Positions 1 through 13,640 of a stretch of DNA of 64,000 bases are shown piece by piece. The DNA is from Eledone cirrhosa (taxonomy: Eukaryota), in contig OZ024761.1 in the NCBI GenBank assembly GCA_964016885.1, positions 16,554,001 through 16,618,000 of the forward strand. The letters are read 5' to 3'. The notes under the pieces were generated by a model. It worked only from the letters and a program-made list of their open reading frames with translations. It searched no databases and was not told where the DNA came from. How positions within the stretch are numbered: the stretch's first letter is position 1; every line of letters starts with the position of its first letter. A program made the position numbers and the translations under genes.

Positions 1-196
1 AAACACACGTATATATTATACACAGATTGTTTTATATATATATATGTATATCTTTATTATATATATACATATATGTGTATGTATATGACAAAAGAAACGA
101 GAGGGGTTTATAGAATATGAAGCGGCGAAGACGGGCTATTTAATTGGAAAATGTCGGCCATAAGAGCACCGCCTGACTGTGTGTGTATATATATAT

Positions 197-232
<36 letters not shown>

Positions 233-407
233 GTGTGTGTGTGTGTATGTTATATGTATTTATATGTGTGTGTGTATGTATACATGTGTGTTAGTCGTCA
301 GTATTATATAGAGTGAAATTTAAACAATCGTTAAACAGACAATCTGTATGTGTGAGTGTGTATGTATATAGTTTATATACGTACATATAGCTGTATGTGT
401 TTCTGTT

Positions 408-464
<57 letters not shown>

Positions 465-578
465 GTGTATGATTGTGAATATTGTGTTGTACGTCATTAT
501 TATAGAGTGTAGTTTAAATACGATCTACATTAAATACATGCAATTTATGATCGCTTATAATTATTATTGTATATGTAC

Positions 579-614
<36 letters not shown>

Positions 615-1494
615 GTGTGTGTATATATGGTGTCTGTGTATATGTATGATATTCAGATACATTTCAATATAATCCACATTAAATAGACAATTTCTGATCG
701 TTTATAAATTAGTATTAGTATTAAAATAACTTATATAAATTTTACTGAGATTATAGGAATGTTTCAAGATGAAATACTTACTGTTTAAACAATTTTAAAT
801 ATAAAAATCTTCCTCTTTTGCGATTCTTACGGTGTACTCACAAGACAGACGAGAGAGGGAGACGTAGGAGGGAGATATATAGAGAGGGGGCGTGAAGAAA
901 GATATATATATATATATGAGAGGGAAAAGGCGAGTAAGCCGGAAAGGCTGATACTGATATACACAGAGTGGGAGTGACAAGTATGGCTGTATAGAGAGAA
1001 AGGGGGTGAGAGATAAGGCGAGATATATATATATTTATATATATGTGTAGAAAGATATTTATATATATATATATAGAGAGAGAGATAAACGGGAGTGGCG
1101 GATATAGGTTATAAAGGGCGGGGGATATAGAAAGATATAGCTTTATAAAGAGAGTGAGCGAGGAAGATAGATAGATATATCAGTATATAGAGAGGGGGAT
1201 GGAAAGTAATACATTTATATAGAGAAAGAGGAGTAAAAGATAGAGCTATCGGGGGAGGGGGTGAAGGATAGCGCTTTTTAAAGGGGAGGAAAAGATAGGA
1301 AGGGCTTTTTAAAGTGAGAGAGAGGGGTAGACGGATATGACTATATAGAGAGAGAAGGTGTTCGTGGTAAAGAGACAAACAATTATATAGATATTAGAGA
1401 GTGAGACAGATAGACAAATATCTATTGAGAGAGGAAGTAAGTGTGTAAGTGAGATAGACTTCCGCTTTAAGAGTAAAGGTAGGAGGAAAGGGAG

Positions 1495-1570
1495 TAAGCC
1501 GTCGCCCGGTATCCGACTCAGTAGGTAACACTGCACATGCGCTAAACGTCAGAGATGACGTAAGGAGTTA
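1495..1570. promoter_or_regulatory. Possible promoter of a minus-strand gene leaving the window to the left
   Basis: CpG cluster with TGCACATGCGC (NRF1-like), ACGTCA and TGACGTAA (CRE-like); CT-rich leader on - and a GTGAGT donor at 836-841. Confidence 0.35.
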
Positions 1571-2329
1571 TATATATTTATATATATTTATATAAAGCTC
1601 GTTTTTCATTAACTCCTCCCCCCTTTTTTCACATAGTAGCTACGATGGCGGTTTCGAGTCCAGGACTCGGCAGAGCATCTTGTAGCAACTCTCTTGGATC
1701 ATGTTTTTTATGTTTGTTTTTTTTTTCCGAGCCAACACGAGACCCTTGACGTGGTCACTGAACCTGCTAGAAATAGGAAGCAAGCTTTCACTCATATCAC
1801 ATGTTTAAAAACAAAGAGGGAGTGAACACATTGGGTCATTGTTTTGGATAAAAGGCAGAATGGTTACGGATGGAATCCGATCGAATATAGGTGTAGTTCG
1901 ATCCTAACTTTCTCCATTAGGACTGATATAGGACTAAATAACAAAAATATCAATAACAACAGTTCTCTCCCTCTATCTCTCCCAATCTCTCTTTCTCCCC
2001 CTCTCTCTTTCTCTACCTGTCTTTCCCTCATCCTCTCTCTGTCACTCTCTTTCTTTCACTATCTCTCTCTCTGCAATATGGCTGGCCCATTGAATTACAG
2101 GTACAGTCAATCTTGTATTATAGTGTAAGTGGCTGAGTATTCCACAGACATGTGTACCCTTGATGTGACTCTCAGGGAAATTCAGCATGACACTGTGTGC
2201 GACAAGGTTGGCCTTTTTCAATCACACTTACAGCCTAGCTGACTGAGATCAAACATTGTATGGTTCATAGTAGTGCAACATGTGCATTAAATGCAGATGT
2301 GTTAGGGGGCAAAAGAATTAAGGTTAGCA

Positions 2330-2900
2330 TGCTCCACTGAATGTGTGGCATTAATGTGCATGGATGACGAAGTATGGATGAGCTGAGAGAAAAACTGGAT
2401 ATAAGAGGAATCAGAGGTAGTGTTTAGGAGAGGAGACTGCACTGGTATGGACATGTGATGTGTATGGAGGATGAATGCTGGATGAAGAACTGAGTATAAG
2501 ATGAATCAGATGTAGTGTGTAGGAGAGGAGACTGCACTGGTATGGACATGTGATGTGTATGGAGGATGAATGCTGGGTGAAGGAATCAGATGTAGTGTTT
2601 AGGAGAGGAGGCTGAGCTGGACTGGATATGTGATATGTATGGAGGATGACTGAGGGAAAAACTGGGAATAAGAGGAATCAGATGTAGTATGTAGGAGAGG
2701 AGACTCCACTGGTATGGACATGTGATGTGTATAGATGATGAATGGTGGGTGAAGAAGTGCCAGATCTTCCAAGTGGAAGGAAGCCACAATAGAGGAAGAC
2801 CAAGGAAGATCTGGGCAGAAACTGATCTCAAGGCACTGCTCCTAACAGAAGAAATAACAAAGAAATGCAATGAGTGGTGGGAGGCACGCATGGAAAAATG
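2330..2900 (+). mobile_element. Degenerate RTE LINE 3' fragment with internal tandem duplications
   Basis: Repeated GGAGAGGAGACTGCACTGGTATGGACATGTGATG segment (RRLHWYGHVM), about 4 times. Confidence 0.75.
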
Positions 2901-3931
2901 ATTATATATATATATATATATATATGAGGGTCGACTGAAAAGTTCATAGGCAGACAAAGATACTCTCATGAAATGACCAAATGAAGTTTATTTTTTCAAC
3001 ACACATATATATATATATATATAACAAAGAAGGTGTGGAAAGATACCAGGTGGACCAAAACACGCCAAAGTACTCGATACTTAGGGTAGTAGAGTGGGTA
3101 ATGGGAAAAGAGTCAGGACCCCGACAGCTGAGCTCTGGCTGAGTTCCGGCCGTTTCAACAGCTAGATCCAAACTGTTCGGATCTAGCTGTCAAAATGGCC
3201 AAAGTTCAGCTGTCGAGGTCCTGAATCTTTTCATATTACCCACTCTACTACCCCAAATATCGAGTACTCTGGTGGGTTAGGGTCCATCTGGTACCTTACT
3301 ACACTCTCTCTGATATATATATATATATATTTTAATGCTTGACCAGCTTCACCCACTCCCTCTTTGTTCTACAGGCAAGTTCAGCCATGCCCCACCCCCT
3401 ACCCACCGCCATGAAAGATTTAACTGTGTTTCCAAGAAACTTCAACCAATCCTTTTGATAACTACAAACTTCAGAAATGCATGCTTATCGCTTGCCCATA
3501 TATGGAATTACCCCTTGAAAAGTTTGGCTATATCATTACTACGCTAAAAATTTAATTTAGTCCAGATATAGTTGTTGAAACGGCTTGATTTCTGCCGTCG
3601 GGGTCCTGAACCTTTTCCTAAATATACATATATATATATATATAACTTTAATAATAATATCAGTATTGCTATTAGTCGGTATATACTTAATCAGAAGGTT
3701 TAAGGTTCAATGCAGTAGGGTTCATGCAAAGCTGATATATAAAGAATAATAAACACTATTTCTGATGATTGAAGTATGAAATTATAATGGAACCTTAGAT
3801 AAGAACTCTTTTTTCTTAAGAAAATTCTAAGATTCCTGATTTTATAGCCTCATATCCTCGGGATGAATCTTTATTCGTTGAAACATGTGTTAGTTAGACA
3901 ACATATAGACTCTTTGGTGTTTATTATTCTT

Positions 3932-4117
3932 GGTGGATTGGCAGTATCAGTAGAGGGTCGGACGCCATGCTTTCCAGCATAGTTACGTCCCTTTACGATC
4001 TGAGTTCAAATCCCGCCAAGGTTGACTTTCCCTTTCATCCTTACGGGGTCGATAAAATAAAGTACCAGTAATGCACTGGGTAATTGCTGGCCTTGTGCCT
4101 AAAGTAGAAACAATTAT
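3932..4117 (+). mobile_element. tRNA-derived SINE with Nin-like central domain (copies at ~5776, 16505, 16700, 49205(-), 59525, 60635, 61306 and degenerate 43100-43700(-))
   Basis: A box TGGCAGTATCAGT, B box GAGTTCAAATCC, core GACTTTGCCTTTCATCCTTACGGGGTCGATAAAATAAAGTACCAG. Confidence 0.85.
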
Positions 4118-4136
4118 TCTTTATATATATGTATGT

Positions 4137-4176
<40 letters not shown>

Positions 4177-4179
<3 letters not shown>

Positions 4180-4615
4180 TTAGTGGTTAGAGCATTAGCC
4201 TTGCAATCAAAATGTTGTGAGTTCAATTCTCAGACCGGGTGATGTATTGTTTCCTTGAGCAAGACACTTTATTCCACATTGCTCCAGTTTACTCAGCTGT
4301 AGAAATGAGATGATAGGACTGGGGTCCCTATCATTCCACTGCAAAGTGGTCGTGGAGTTGCCACGGCAAAAAAAGCACCCAGCCCACACTGTAAAGTGGA
4401 CGTGTAGGCGCCACGGCAAAAAAGCACCCAGCACTCACTGTAAATGAGGTTGGTGTTAGGAAGGGCATTCAGCTGTAGAAATCAAGCCAGAATCAGTTCC
4501 TGTATGAGCAAGACAAGGTCAGCCGACCGGATTCTGCCCACAACAGGACAACCAGTCCAACCCATGCTAGCGTGGAAGAACGGACGTAAAATGGTGATGA
4601 TGATGATGATGATGA
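4177..4615 (+). mobile_element. Second tRNA-derived SINE with LINE-like (GAT)n tail (copies at ~13665, 16010(-), 62383 and many tail fragments)
   Basis: GGCTTAGTGGTTAGAGC...GAGTTCAATTC head, CCTTGAGCAAGACACTT core, GGTGTTAGGAAGGGCATCCAGC-like segment, ...AACCCATGCTAGC...(GAT)n tail. Confidence 0.85.
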
Positions 4616-4905
4616 TATATATATATATGCATGTATGTAAAAGGTAAACAGAAATAACAACACAATCGCTACAGTATATGGAAGGAATATATTAGGTTAA
4701 CGCTTGATATAACAAGAAGAGGGTCTTAACATTTCAGATGCTAGTCCTTCATCAGAAGAATAAGATAAATAAAGGGACGGGCGGGGTGGAATTGGAAAAA
4801 AATGTCTTTAGATAAAAATAAGAGGTCCATTCATGTTGACATGCATACACATTTATCATTCTAGCTATTTATCTATTTATCACTCTAGCTATCTATTACT
4901 CTATC

Positions 4906-4938
<33 letters not shown>

Positions 4939-5059
4939 TTATCTATTTATGAAGAAGGAGGAAAGGGCAAAAATGATATAATTATCTTTACATAAACCAA
5001 CTAATTAAATATTTTTACACAAAAACATAATTGTTGTCGGAGTAAACAACAATAACAAC

Positions 5060-5750
5060 ACCAGTGCTGATGATAATGGTGGTGGTGGTGGTGGTGGTGG
5101 TGGTGGTGGTGGTGGTGGTAGTGTTGATGATAATGGTGGTGGTGGTGGTAGTGGTGGTGGTGGCGGCGGTGGTGATAGTGTTGATGATAATGGTGGTGGT
5201 GGTGGTGGTGGTAGTGTTGATGATAATGGTGGTGGTGGTGGTAGTGTTGATGATAATGGTGGTGGTGGTGGTGGTGGTAGTGTTGATGATAATGGTGGTG
5301 GTGGCAGTGGTGGGAGTGTTGATGATAATGGTGGTGGTGATGGTGGTGGTGGTGGTGGTGGTGGTGGTGGTGGTAGTGCTGATAATAATGGTGGTGGTGG
5401 TAGTGTTGATGATAATGGTGGTGGTGGTGGTGATAGTGTTGATGATAATGGTGGTGGTGGTGGTAGTGCTGATGATAATGGTGGTGGTGGTGGGAGTGTT
5501 GATGATAATGGTGGTGGTGATGGTGGTGGTGGTGGTGGTGCTGATGATAATGGTGGTGGTGGTGGTGGTGGTGGTGGTAGTGCCGATGATAATGGTGGTG
5601 GTGGTGTTGGTGATAATGATGGTGGTGATGGTTGTGATTGTAATGATGATAATGATGATGATGATGATGATGATGATGATGGTGATGGTGATTGTGATGG
5701 TGGTGGTGGTAGTGTTGATGATAATGGTGGTGGTGGTGGTGATAGCGGTC
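5060..5750. repeat. Compound (GGT)n/(GAT)n microsatellite
   Basis: Direct reading. Confidence 0.95.
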
Positions 5751-6211
5751 AATATATATATATAATATAATATATATATAATATATAACTCAGACGGTCT
5801 GAGTTCAAATCCCGCCGAGGTTTACTTTGCCTTTCATCCTTACGGGGTCGATTAAATAAAGTACCAGTAATGCACTGGGTAATTGCTGGCCTTGTGCCTA
5901 AAGTAGAAACAGTTATGAAAGATGGTAATTTTCAAAACTTAGATTTAATTTATTAAGCAAATAAAACTGTGTCGATGACACAGCAGTCCACACTGTAAGG
6001 GGGTCATGTAGGAGACACAGTGAAAAGGCTCCCAGTCCACACTGTAAATGAGGTTGGTGTTAGGAAGGGCATCCAGCTGTAGAAAAAAAAAAACTGCCAG
6101 AGACGCTTCCGTGCGAGCGAGACATGGTCTCTCGACCATTCCCGCATCAAATGGAACAAAACCGTCTAACCCATGCTAGCGTGGAAGATGGACATTAAAC
6201 AATGATGATGA

Positions 6212-6260
<49 letters not shown>

Positions 6261-6339
6261 ACATGCCCCAGCATGGCCTCAGCCAGATGGCTGAAACAGG
6301 TAAAAGAGTAAAAGAGATATATGTATATATATATATATA

Positions 6340-7615
6340 CAGGGTGTGAACGATATTTGTTCGCAAGATTACTGTCTAGGAAAAAATAACACAGTAGTTT
6401 TATTTTTTAAGATTTATTTATCAAACTTGGGTCAGTTTGTCTTCATGACTTGTTCTTTCGATATCACTTGATAAACCCACCTTTTGGCTTTGATGACGGC
6501 CTCAAGGCGGCCTCGGAACCGGCTACAGGCCTTCGTCACTGTCCCCCGACTTAGGCCCCTAAAGGCACTTGTGATCCTGGCCTTCAGATCGTCTTTCGTA
6601 TTGCAGTTAGATCTGTTGGTGTCTCGTTCCACTGCGCCCCACACAAAGACGTCAAGGGGGTTGCAGTCAGGCGAGCTGGGAGGCCAGATGTCAGGTGAAG
6701 TGTGGTCGATGAAGTTCTCTGACAGCCAGGCTTGGGTCTTTCGGCTGGTATGGCAGGGCGCTGAGTCTTCTGCCACACGTACGGCCTACCTGCAGCTACC
6801 TGGTCGATCCAGGGTTTTACTACCTTGCTCAGAATGCAGATGTAGCCATCGGTGTTTAGCTTGAGGCCTTCAGGGAAGAAGTGATGTGGCATGATGTCAC
6901 CTTGACCGCTGATGACACCTAAGACCAATGTTGTCGCTGGAAACTTTGTCTGCATGACTCTGGGCACGTCTTTGGATGAGACAGCGAGCCACCCATTGTT
7001 CTGGGAGTTGATCTTCTGGTCTTGGCAAAAGTTTTTCTCGCCGGAGAAAAACCACAGCATGTCTGGGTGTTTCAACTTGTTGATCAGCTTCTTTGCGTGC
7101 TTCAGTCGCTTTTCTTGTATCGCACTTTGACAGAAATTGTCCTTTCCTCATCTTGTATGAAACGTAGCGAATGTCTTCATGTACTACCAGCCTAATGAGC
7201 TTTTAATCCACGCCTTTCTCCCTTGCAATGGCATGCATCGACTTGCTAGGTTCATTATTGATGATATCCTGAACTTCAGCGACGAACTCGGGCATTCTAA
7301 AGGCGTCAGATCGTCGATCATGTGTTTTCCTCTCTGATGTTGCTTCGTAGTCGAATCCTGAATCTTCTAATTCCTTTCTGACCTTTTCCACCATTCTCCT
7401 GCTGATGCTGGGAAAGTCTGAAATTTCCTTATTTGTCCTCTCGGCGCGGATTCCACAAATTTGGAGGTTCAAAATTATTCATAATCAATTATTCTGAAAA
7501 TAAATAATGGAAATATAGTCACTGTTTTTATGAAGACAAGAGTGACAACGGAAGTAAAAAAAATTTGCATAAAATTAGCAGTTGAAAATTGCGAACAAAT
7601 ATCGTCCGCACCCTG
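6340..7615 (-). mobile_element. Full-length but decayed Tc1/mariner transposon, maT (DD37D) family
   Basis: ~27-bp TIRs CAGGGTGTGAACGATATTTGTTCGCAA and its near-perfect inverse; TA flanks; frameshifted transposase with FSGEKNF (D to G), DSAPCH and SPDCNPLD; 37 residues between the last two Asp. Confidence 0.93.
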
Positions 7616-7632
7616 TATATATATATATGTAC

Positions 7633-7663
<31 letters not shown>

Positions 7664-7884
7664 TATACACTTTTTTTTTATTTTCCAATCATTTCGTTAA
7701 TTACTGTATTTCATTTTCTCTTTTATGCCTTTGTTATTTCTATTAATATTGATTTTATTTTTGATTGATTTTTAGTTCTGATGTCATCATTGATCTGTCA
7801 TTTTCTATTCCTTCCAGAAGTTATTGTTGTTGTTGTTTTTTTCTGAGACAAATTAGCAATTTTTTATTGCATAGATATAACATG

Positions 7885-8560
7885 AGTGTGTGTGTGTGTG
7901 TTGGTGTTTCTGTGTGTGTGTGAGTGTGTACATGTGTATGTGAGTGTCTGTGTATGTGTTGATGTGTGTGTACATGATTGTGTTGGTATGTGACTACTGT
8001 GTTCGGGTATATGTGTGTGCATGTGAATGTGTGTGTATGTGTTGGTGAGTGTGTGGCAGTATGAGTCTATGTGTGTGTACACATGTGTGTGTGTGCATGA
8101 GTGTATGTTGGTGTGTGAGTGTGAATGTGTGTGTGTATGAGTGTGAATGTGTGTGTGAGTGTGTACGTGTGTGTATATGACTGTAAATGTGTATGTATGT
8201 TTTGATGAGTGTGTGTATCAGTATGTGTCTATGTGTGTGTACATGTGTGTGTGTGAATGTGCATGTGTGTGTGTGTGTTTGTATGAGTGTAAATGTGAGT
8301 GTGTGTGAGTGTTGGTGTGTGAGAGTGTATGTTGGTATGTTTGAGTGTGTGTGTGTGTGTGTGTACATGTGTGTGTATGTATGTTGATGTGTGTGATATT
8401 TGTCTGTGTGTGTGTGTGTGTGAAAGAGAGAGATTGCATGAGTATATGTGTATGCGTTCGCATGTGTCTGTGTGTGAATATGTGGAGATGTGTGTGTGTG
8501 TTGGTGTGAATGTGTCAGTGTGTGAGGGAAGTGTGTGTGTTAGTGTGTATGTGTGTGAAT
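7885..8560. repeat. Degenerate (GT)n tract
   Basis: Direct reading. Confidence 0.9.
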
Positions 8561-8864
8561 GAGCAGATCTTGAATCAAATGTGTTCCAGCTATGACCAAC
8601 CAATTTATTGGTCTAAGGAAAAAGGAGAGGTAAAGAGAGGTAGTGAGAGGGGTAGAGGGGGAGAAAGAGGGTAGAAAGGTAGAGAGTGGATAACAGATAG
8701 AGAGTGGGAGAAAAGTAGAGAGGGAGAGAGGGAGGGAGAGGGAAAGAGAAGTAGAGATAGGGTTGAAAGGTAGGGCAGGGGTACAGATAAAGAGAGGTAA
8801 ATAAAGAGGGAGAGAAAGAAGGTAAGCCTGTTGTAGGAAGAGAGATATAGATAGATAGATAGAT

Positions 8865-9551
8865 ATGTTTGTTTATTAGCCACAGAGGCACAAAAGAAGG
8901 GGGCAAATACAAAGGGGGAAGTTTACACACAATAAAAACGTGTAAAATGCTATCACAAATGTAATTTAAAAATTAATCGATTTTCCCCAATACGGGGAAG
9001 ACAGTTCATATGGGTAACACATACCCCCGAAAAAATGTGCAACCCTCATCTCCAGGAGTACGAAGAGTTTGTACTCCTTTCCTCTCCTCCTCCTTTTCCT
9101 CAACCTACAGGTTGATATAGAGAGAAGGCCCATTCACTCGGGCCATTCTCGCCTCCTTACACCCACCTTTCATAAAACTTGCTGGGGTACAGCACCTCTC
9201 TCTCCATCCTGATTCTTCTTCCAAAGTGGTATTTGAAAAAAAGAATCAGTTGTTGGCCGGAGAGAAAGGTGTCTGACCTCAGCCCTTTCAACCTTGTCCA
9301 CCATACAACCTCTTTCGCCATAGCTATCACACAAAGGAAAACCGCCTCTCCTTCGTTTTTGAAGGAGGTGGCAGTTTGATCATGACAATGGACTCGGTGG
9401 TCAACCGGATTGGTCCCACCCACGACAATATAGATAGATAGATAGATACATACATAAATAGAGAGATATGTTTCTTTATTAGCCACAGGGGCACAAAAGA
9501 AGGGGACAAATACAAAGGGGGAAGTTTACATACAATAAAAACATGTAAAAT
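8865..9551 (-). mobile_element. Two stacked 5'-truncated L1/Tx1-like LINE 3' ends in GATA repeats
   Basis: Peptide AKEVVWWTRLKG...FFKYHFGRRIRMERE...FYERWV resembles Tx1 ORF2 C-termini; shared 3' end GTGGCTAATAAAGAAACAT abutting (ATCT)n. Confidence 0.7.
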
Positions 9552-9584
9552 ATAGATAGATAGATAAATAGATAGATAGGTATA

Positions 9585-9673
<89 letters not shown>

Positions 9674-9919
9674 AGTGCATGAGAAAGAGCGAGGTGTGGA
9701 GAGAAAGAGAGAAGGGTAGAGAAAGAGAGTGAGGGGGAGAGAAAGATGAAATTGAGAGGAAGAGAGAGTAAGAGGAGTGTAAAAGGGGTCAGTGTGAGTT
9801 GAGGTGGGAGGGGGTGGTTGTTAAGTTATGTTAATGTTATGGGAGAAGATAAAAGGGAAAAAGGGTCTGTTCCCATGGCGAGTGGGGTGCAGTGGGGAGA
9901 TTGAATATGTCAGGTGGAG

Positions 9920-10048
9920 AGGTGGTGGTGGCGGTGGTGGTGGTGGTGGTGGTGGTGGTGGTGGAGGACAGGAAGTTAGTACTGATCTACAACAATAGCA
10001 GCAGCATCATCGTCCTCCACCTCCTCCTCATCATCATCATCATCAAAA

Positions 10049-10081
<33 letters not shown>

Positions 10082-10890
10082 CCATCATCATCATCATCAT
10101 CATCATCACCTTAACCACCGTCATCATCATCAACATCATTATAATAACCACTATCATCAAAACCACCAACACCATCACCATCATCATCATCATCAACACA
10201 ATCACCATCATCATCATCATCATTATTATCATCATCAAAACCACCAGCACCACCATCATCATCACCATCACCAGCACCATCACCATCATCAGCATCACCA
10301 TCGTCACCATCACCATTACCATCACCATCACCATCATCATCAACAACACAATCATCATCATCATCATCATCATTACTATCATCATCAAAACCACCATCAC
10401 CATCACCAGCACCATCACCATCACCATCATCATCACCATCACCATCACCATCAGCATCACCCTCGCCAGCACCATCACCATTACCATCATCATCACCATC
10501 ACCATCACCATCACCATTACCATCACCAGCACCATCACCATCACCATCATCATCACCATCACCATCACCATCACCCTCACCAGCACCATCACCATTACCA
10601 TCATCATCACCATCACCATCACCATCACCATTACCATCACCAGCACCATCACCATAACCATCACCATCACCATCACCATCACCATCACCATCACCATTAC
10701 CATCACCATCACCATCACCATCATCATCACCATCACCATCACCATCACCATCACCATCACCCTCACCAGCACCATCACCATTACCATCATCATCACCATC
10801 ACCATCACCATCACCATTACCATCACCAGCACCATCACCATAACCATCACCATCACCATCACCATCACCATCACCAGCACCATCACCATC
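9920..10890. repeat. (CAT)n/(CACCAT)n microsatellite
   Basis: Direct reading. Confidence 0.95.
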
Positions 10891-11363
10891 ATACATCCAT
10901 GTTACTCCAATCCACTCAGCTGGCAAAAATGTTTTGTAGCAGAAGAGCAGGTAATTCAAAAGAAGTCAGGCTTGTCAAATACATTGAATCTCCCTGAGAA
11001 CTACGTTAATGTGTCTGTGGAATGCTCAGGCTCTTACAGGTTAATTTCACGAACAAGTAGTTCTGTCAATTGAATCAACAGGAACACTAGTTTGGAGAGA
11101 TGATGGAGGGCCAACAATATATGTATATATATATGTATATATATATATGTATATATATAGTATTAGTTATACTATTTATGGTTATGTAAATACAAAACCT
11201 TATGCAGTTATAAGTATTTTACACACACCCTAAATAGTGGTAGGCAGTAATGTATTACTACCTTATTACCAGTAAGTTAAGTAGCTCAATGTAAAAACAT
11301 CAGATGATTTACAGAGCAGTTATATGAAATATAAGAATCAAAGAACTGTTCAAAACATTATTG

Positions 11364-11410
11364 TGCTTACAGCTGTTTCCTCCAAACCGAGGTTTGGATT
11401 CTTCGGAGCA
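11364..11410 (-). ncRNA. Type I hammerhead ribozyme fold (U4C variant)
   Basis: TGCT-CCGAAGA-a TCCAAACC tc GGTTTGGA g-GAAAC AGCT GTA-AGCA: stem I TGCT/AGCA, long stem II, palindromic ACAGCTGT stem III, GUA site. Confidence 0.7.
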
Positions 11411-12017
11411 ATTTATTAATGCATGGACAGTTATATGACCTCCTTTTCAGCCGAGAGACATACCGATACATATTCAAACATTGTGGGTCAACATTCATTA
11501 CAGAATTTAGAGTGGCAGTACACACTTCGAGATTACATTTATATTAAGAGGTACAATCAAAAATCAAAATACAGGTTAAAATACAACATGAAGATAAGCG
11601 GTTATATAGTGCAAATGTTATATGTGTGGCACGCATGTGCGTCTTGTTTATATAGTGTGGCAGAGAGATATGTGTGGTAGAGGCACTTAGGTAGGTAAAC
11701 AAGAGTGTTAGGTTGGTAGATCTGGTGGCAAATTCTTTATATGATTGATATAGTCTGTGTGTGGAGAAATATTATAAGCATTAAAAATAGTGCAAGCATT
11801 AAAAGTGTTAAAAGTATTGGAGATGCACAGCGCAGGGAAGTCAAGTATTTCATGTACTTCGGCATTTTCATGGTCAGGGGAGTGTATTTTTCGATTATAT
11901 GCCCTTCACATAATCCACGACAATCCAGTTAGAGATCGTAGTCTGGTGTTCTTTAGTTCAATACAGGAGGCTGTTACGTTTCGAGAAACGCCATTGAATA
12001 TATATATATATATGTAT

Positions 12018-12112
<95 letters not shown>

Positions 12113-12504
12113 AAAGAATAGAGGTGTAACACACGAGTTGTGATATATTGGTAAAAGGAAAAGAAAATGCTGACAAATTGTTCCCAGTGAAAAATAGTTT
12201 AATTAGGAATAAGTAAAAATTAGTAATAAGTATTGGTTAGTATTCAGTTTTAGTTTTAAGTATTTACCGGTTGCGCATTTCTAATGCTTTTCAAAAATAA
12301 TTTTGAGATAGAGCGCCCGTGATGTTTGCTCTAATCTATATATATATATGATCATCATGTTTGCTCTAATATATATATATATGATCATCATCATCATCGT
12401 TTAATGTCAATCTTCCACTCTAGCATGGGTTAGACGGGAATTGTCCCACTTGAGGCAAGATTGATCGGGTGACCATGTCTTGCTCGTATAGGACTGTATG
12501 TATA

Positions 12505-12550
<46 letters not shown>

Positions 12551-12686
12551 TAAAATAACAGATAAATAAATATTTATTAAAATAACAGATAAATAAATAT
12601 TTGCTCTACGGTTCTTATATATTTGATATATATTTATCCTTATCGAGCCCTCTTTGGATTTTAGTCTTCACATTTATTATTATTAC

Positions 12687-12772
<86 letters not shown>

Positions 12773-12932
12773 TATGAAATAATACAGCCAATTTTCCACA
12801 CAATACAATTAGTTAGCACCCCGAACGTTTAATTAGGAATATACTCACTTATTTCCTAATGTTTGTTGAGTGAGTTGGGATTTGGTCGGAGTATCGCTAA
12901 AAGCTTTCTCCGATAATGTATTTATTTATATA

Positions 12933-12978
<46 letters not shown>

Positions 12979-13245
12979 GAAGTTATATTTAATTTGTTAG
13001 GATTCAACAAGCTTAAACATTTTTATAACTGATATAAAGCACTCAACAAAAGCTCCAACCGTTAAGGTTGTCTTTTTTTCCGGGTATGTCAATATTTATT
13101 TATAAAACAAATCTGTATTTTATCTGATGAAAGCGCACCATAATTTGCCTTGGTTTCCCTTGAAATATGTATAATAAAATAAATATGGTTTTATAAATAT
13201 AGTTTCCATTTATTAATATATTGTATATATATATATATATATATT

Positions 13246-13300
<55 letters not shown>

Positions 13301-13325
13301 CGTATACATATATATATATGTATAC

Positions 13326-13640
13326 GTGAACGACAAAGCATAAATGAATTGAGAGAGAGACTGAGCATAAGAGGAATCAAATGCTGCGTGCAGGAGAGGC
13401 GGTTACGCTGGTATGGACATGTGATGCGTATGAAGGATGACAGCTGCATAAAAAGGTGCAGAGCACTAGAAGTTGATGGAAACCGCGGAGTGGGGAGACC
13501 CAAGATGACTTGGGATGAGGTGATAAAAGCCGACCTTACCCAACTACACCTCTCAAAGTCAATGACACACGACCGTGACTTCTGGCGTCACGCAGTAATA
13601 CAGGGTACCCGACCTCCCATGGGTACATGCTGAAGCATAT
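13326..13640 (+). mobile_element. RTE-clade LINE 3' fragment
   Basis: ERRLRWYGHVMRM...GRPKMTWDEVIKADL. Confidence 0.85.
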
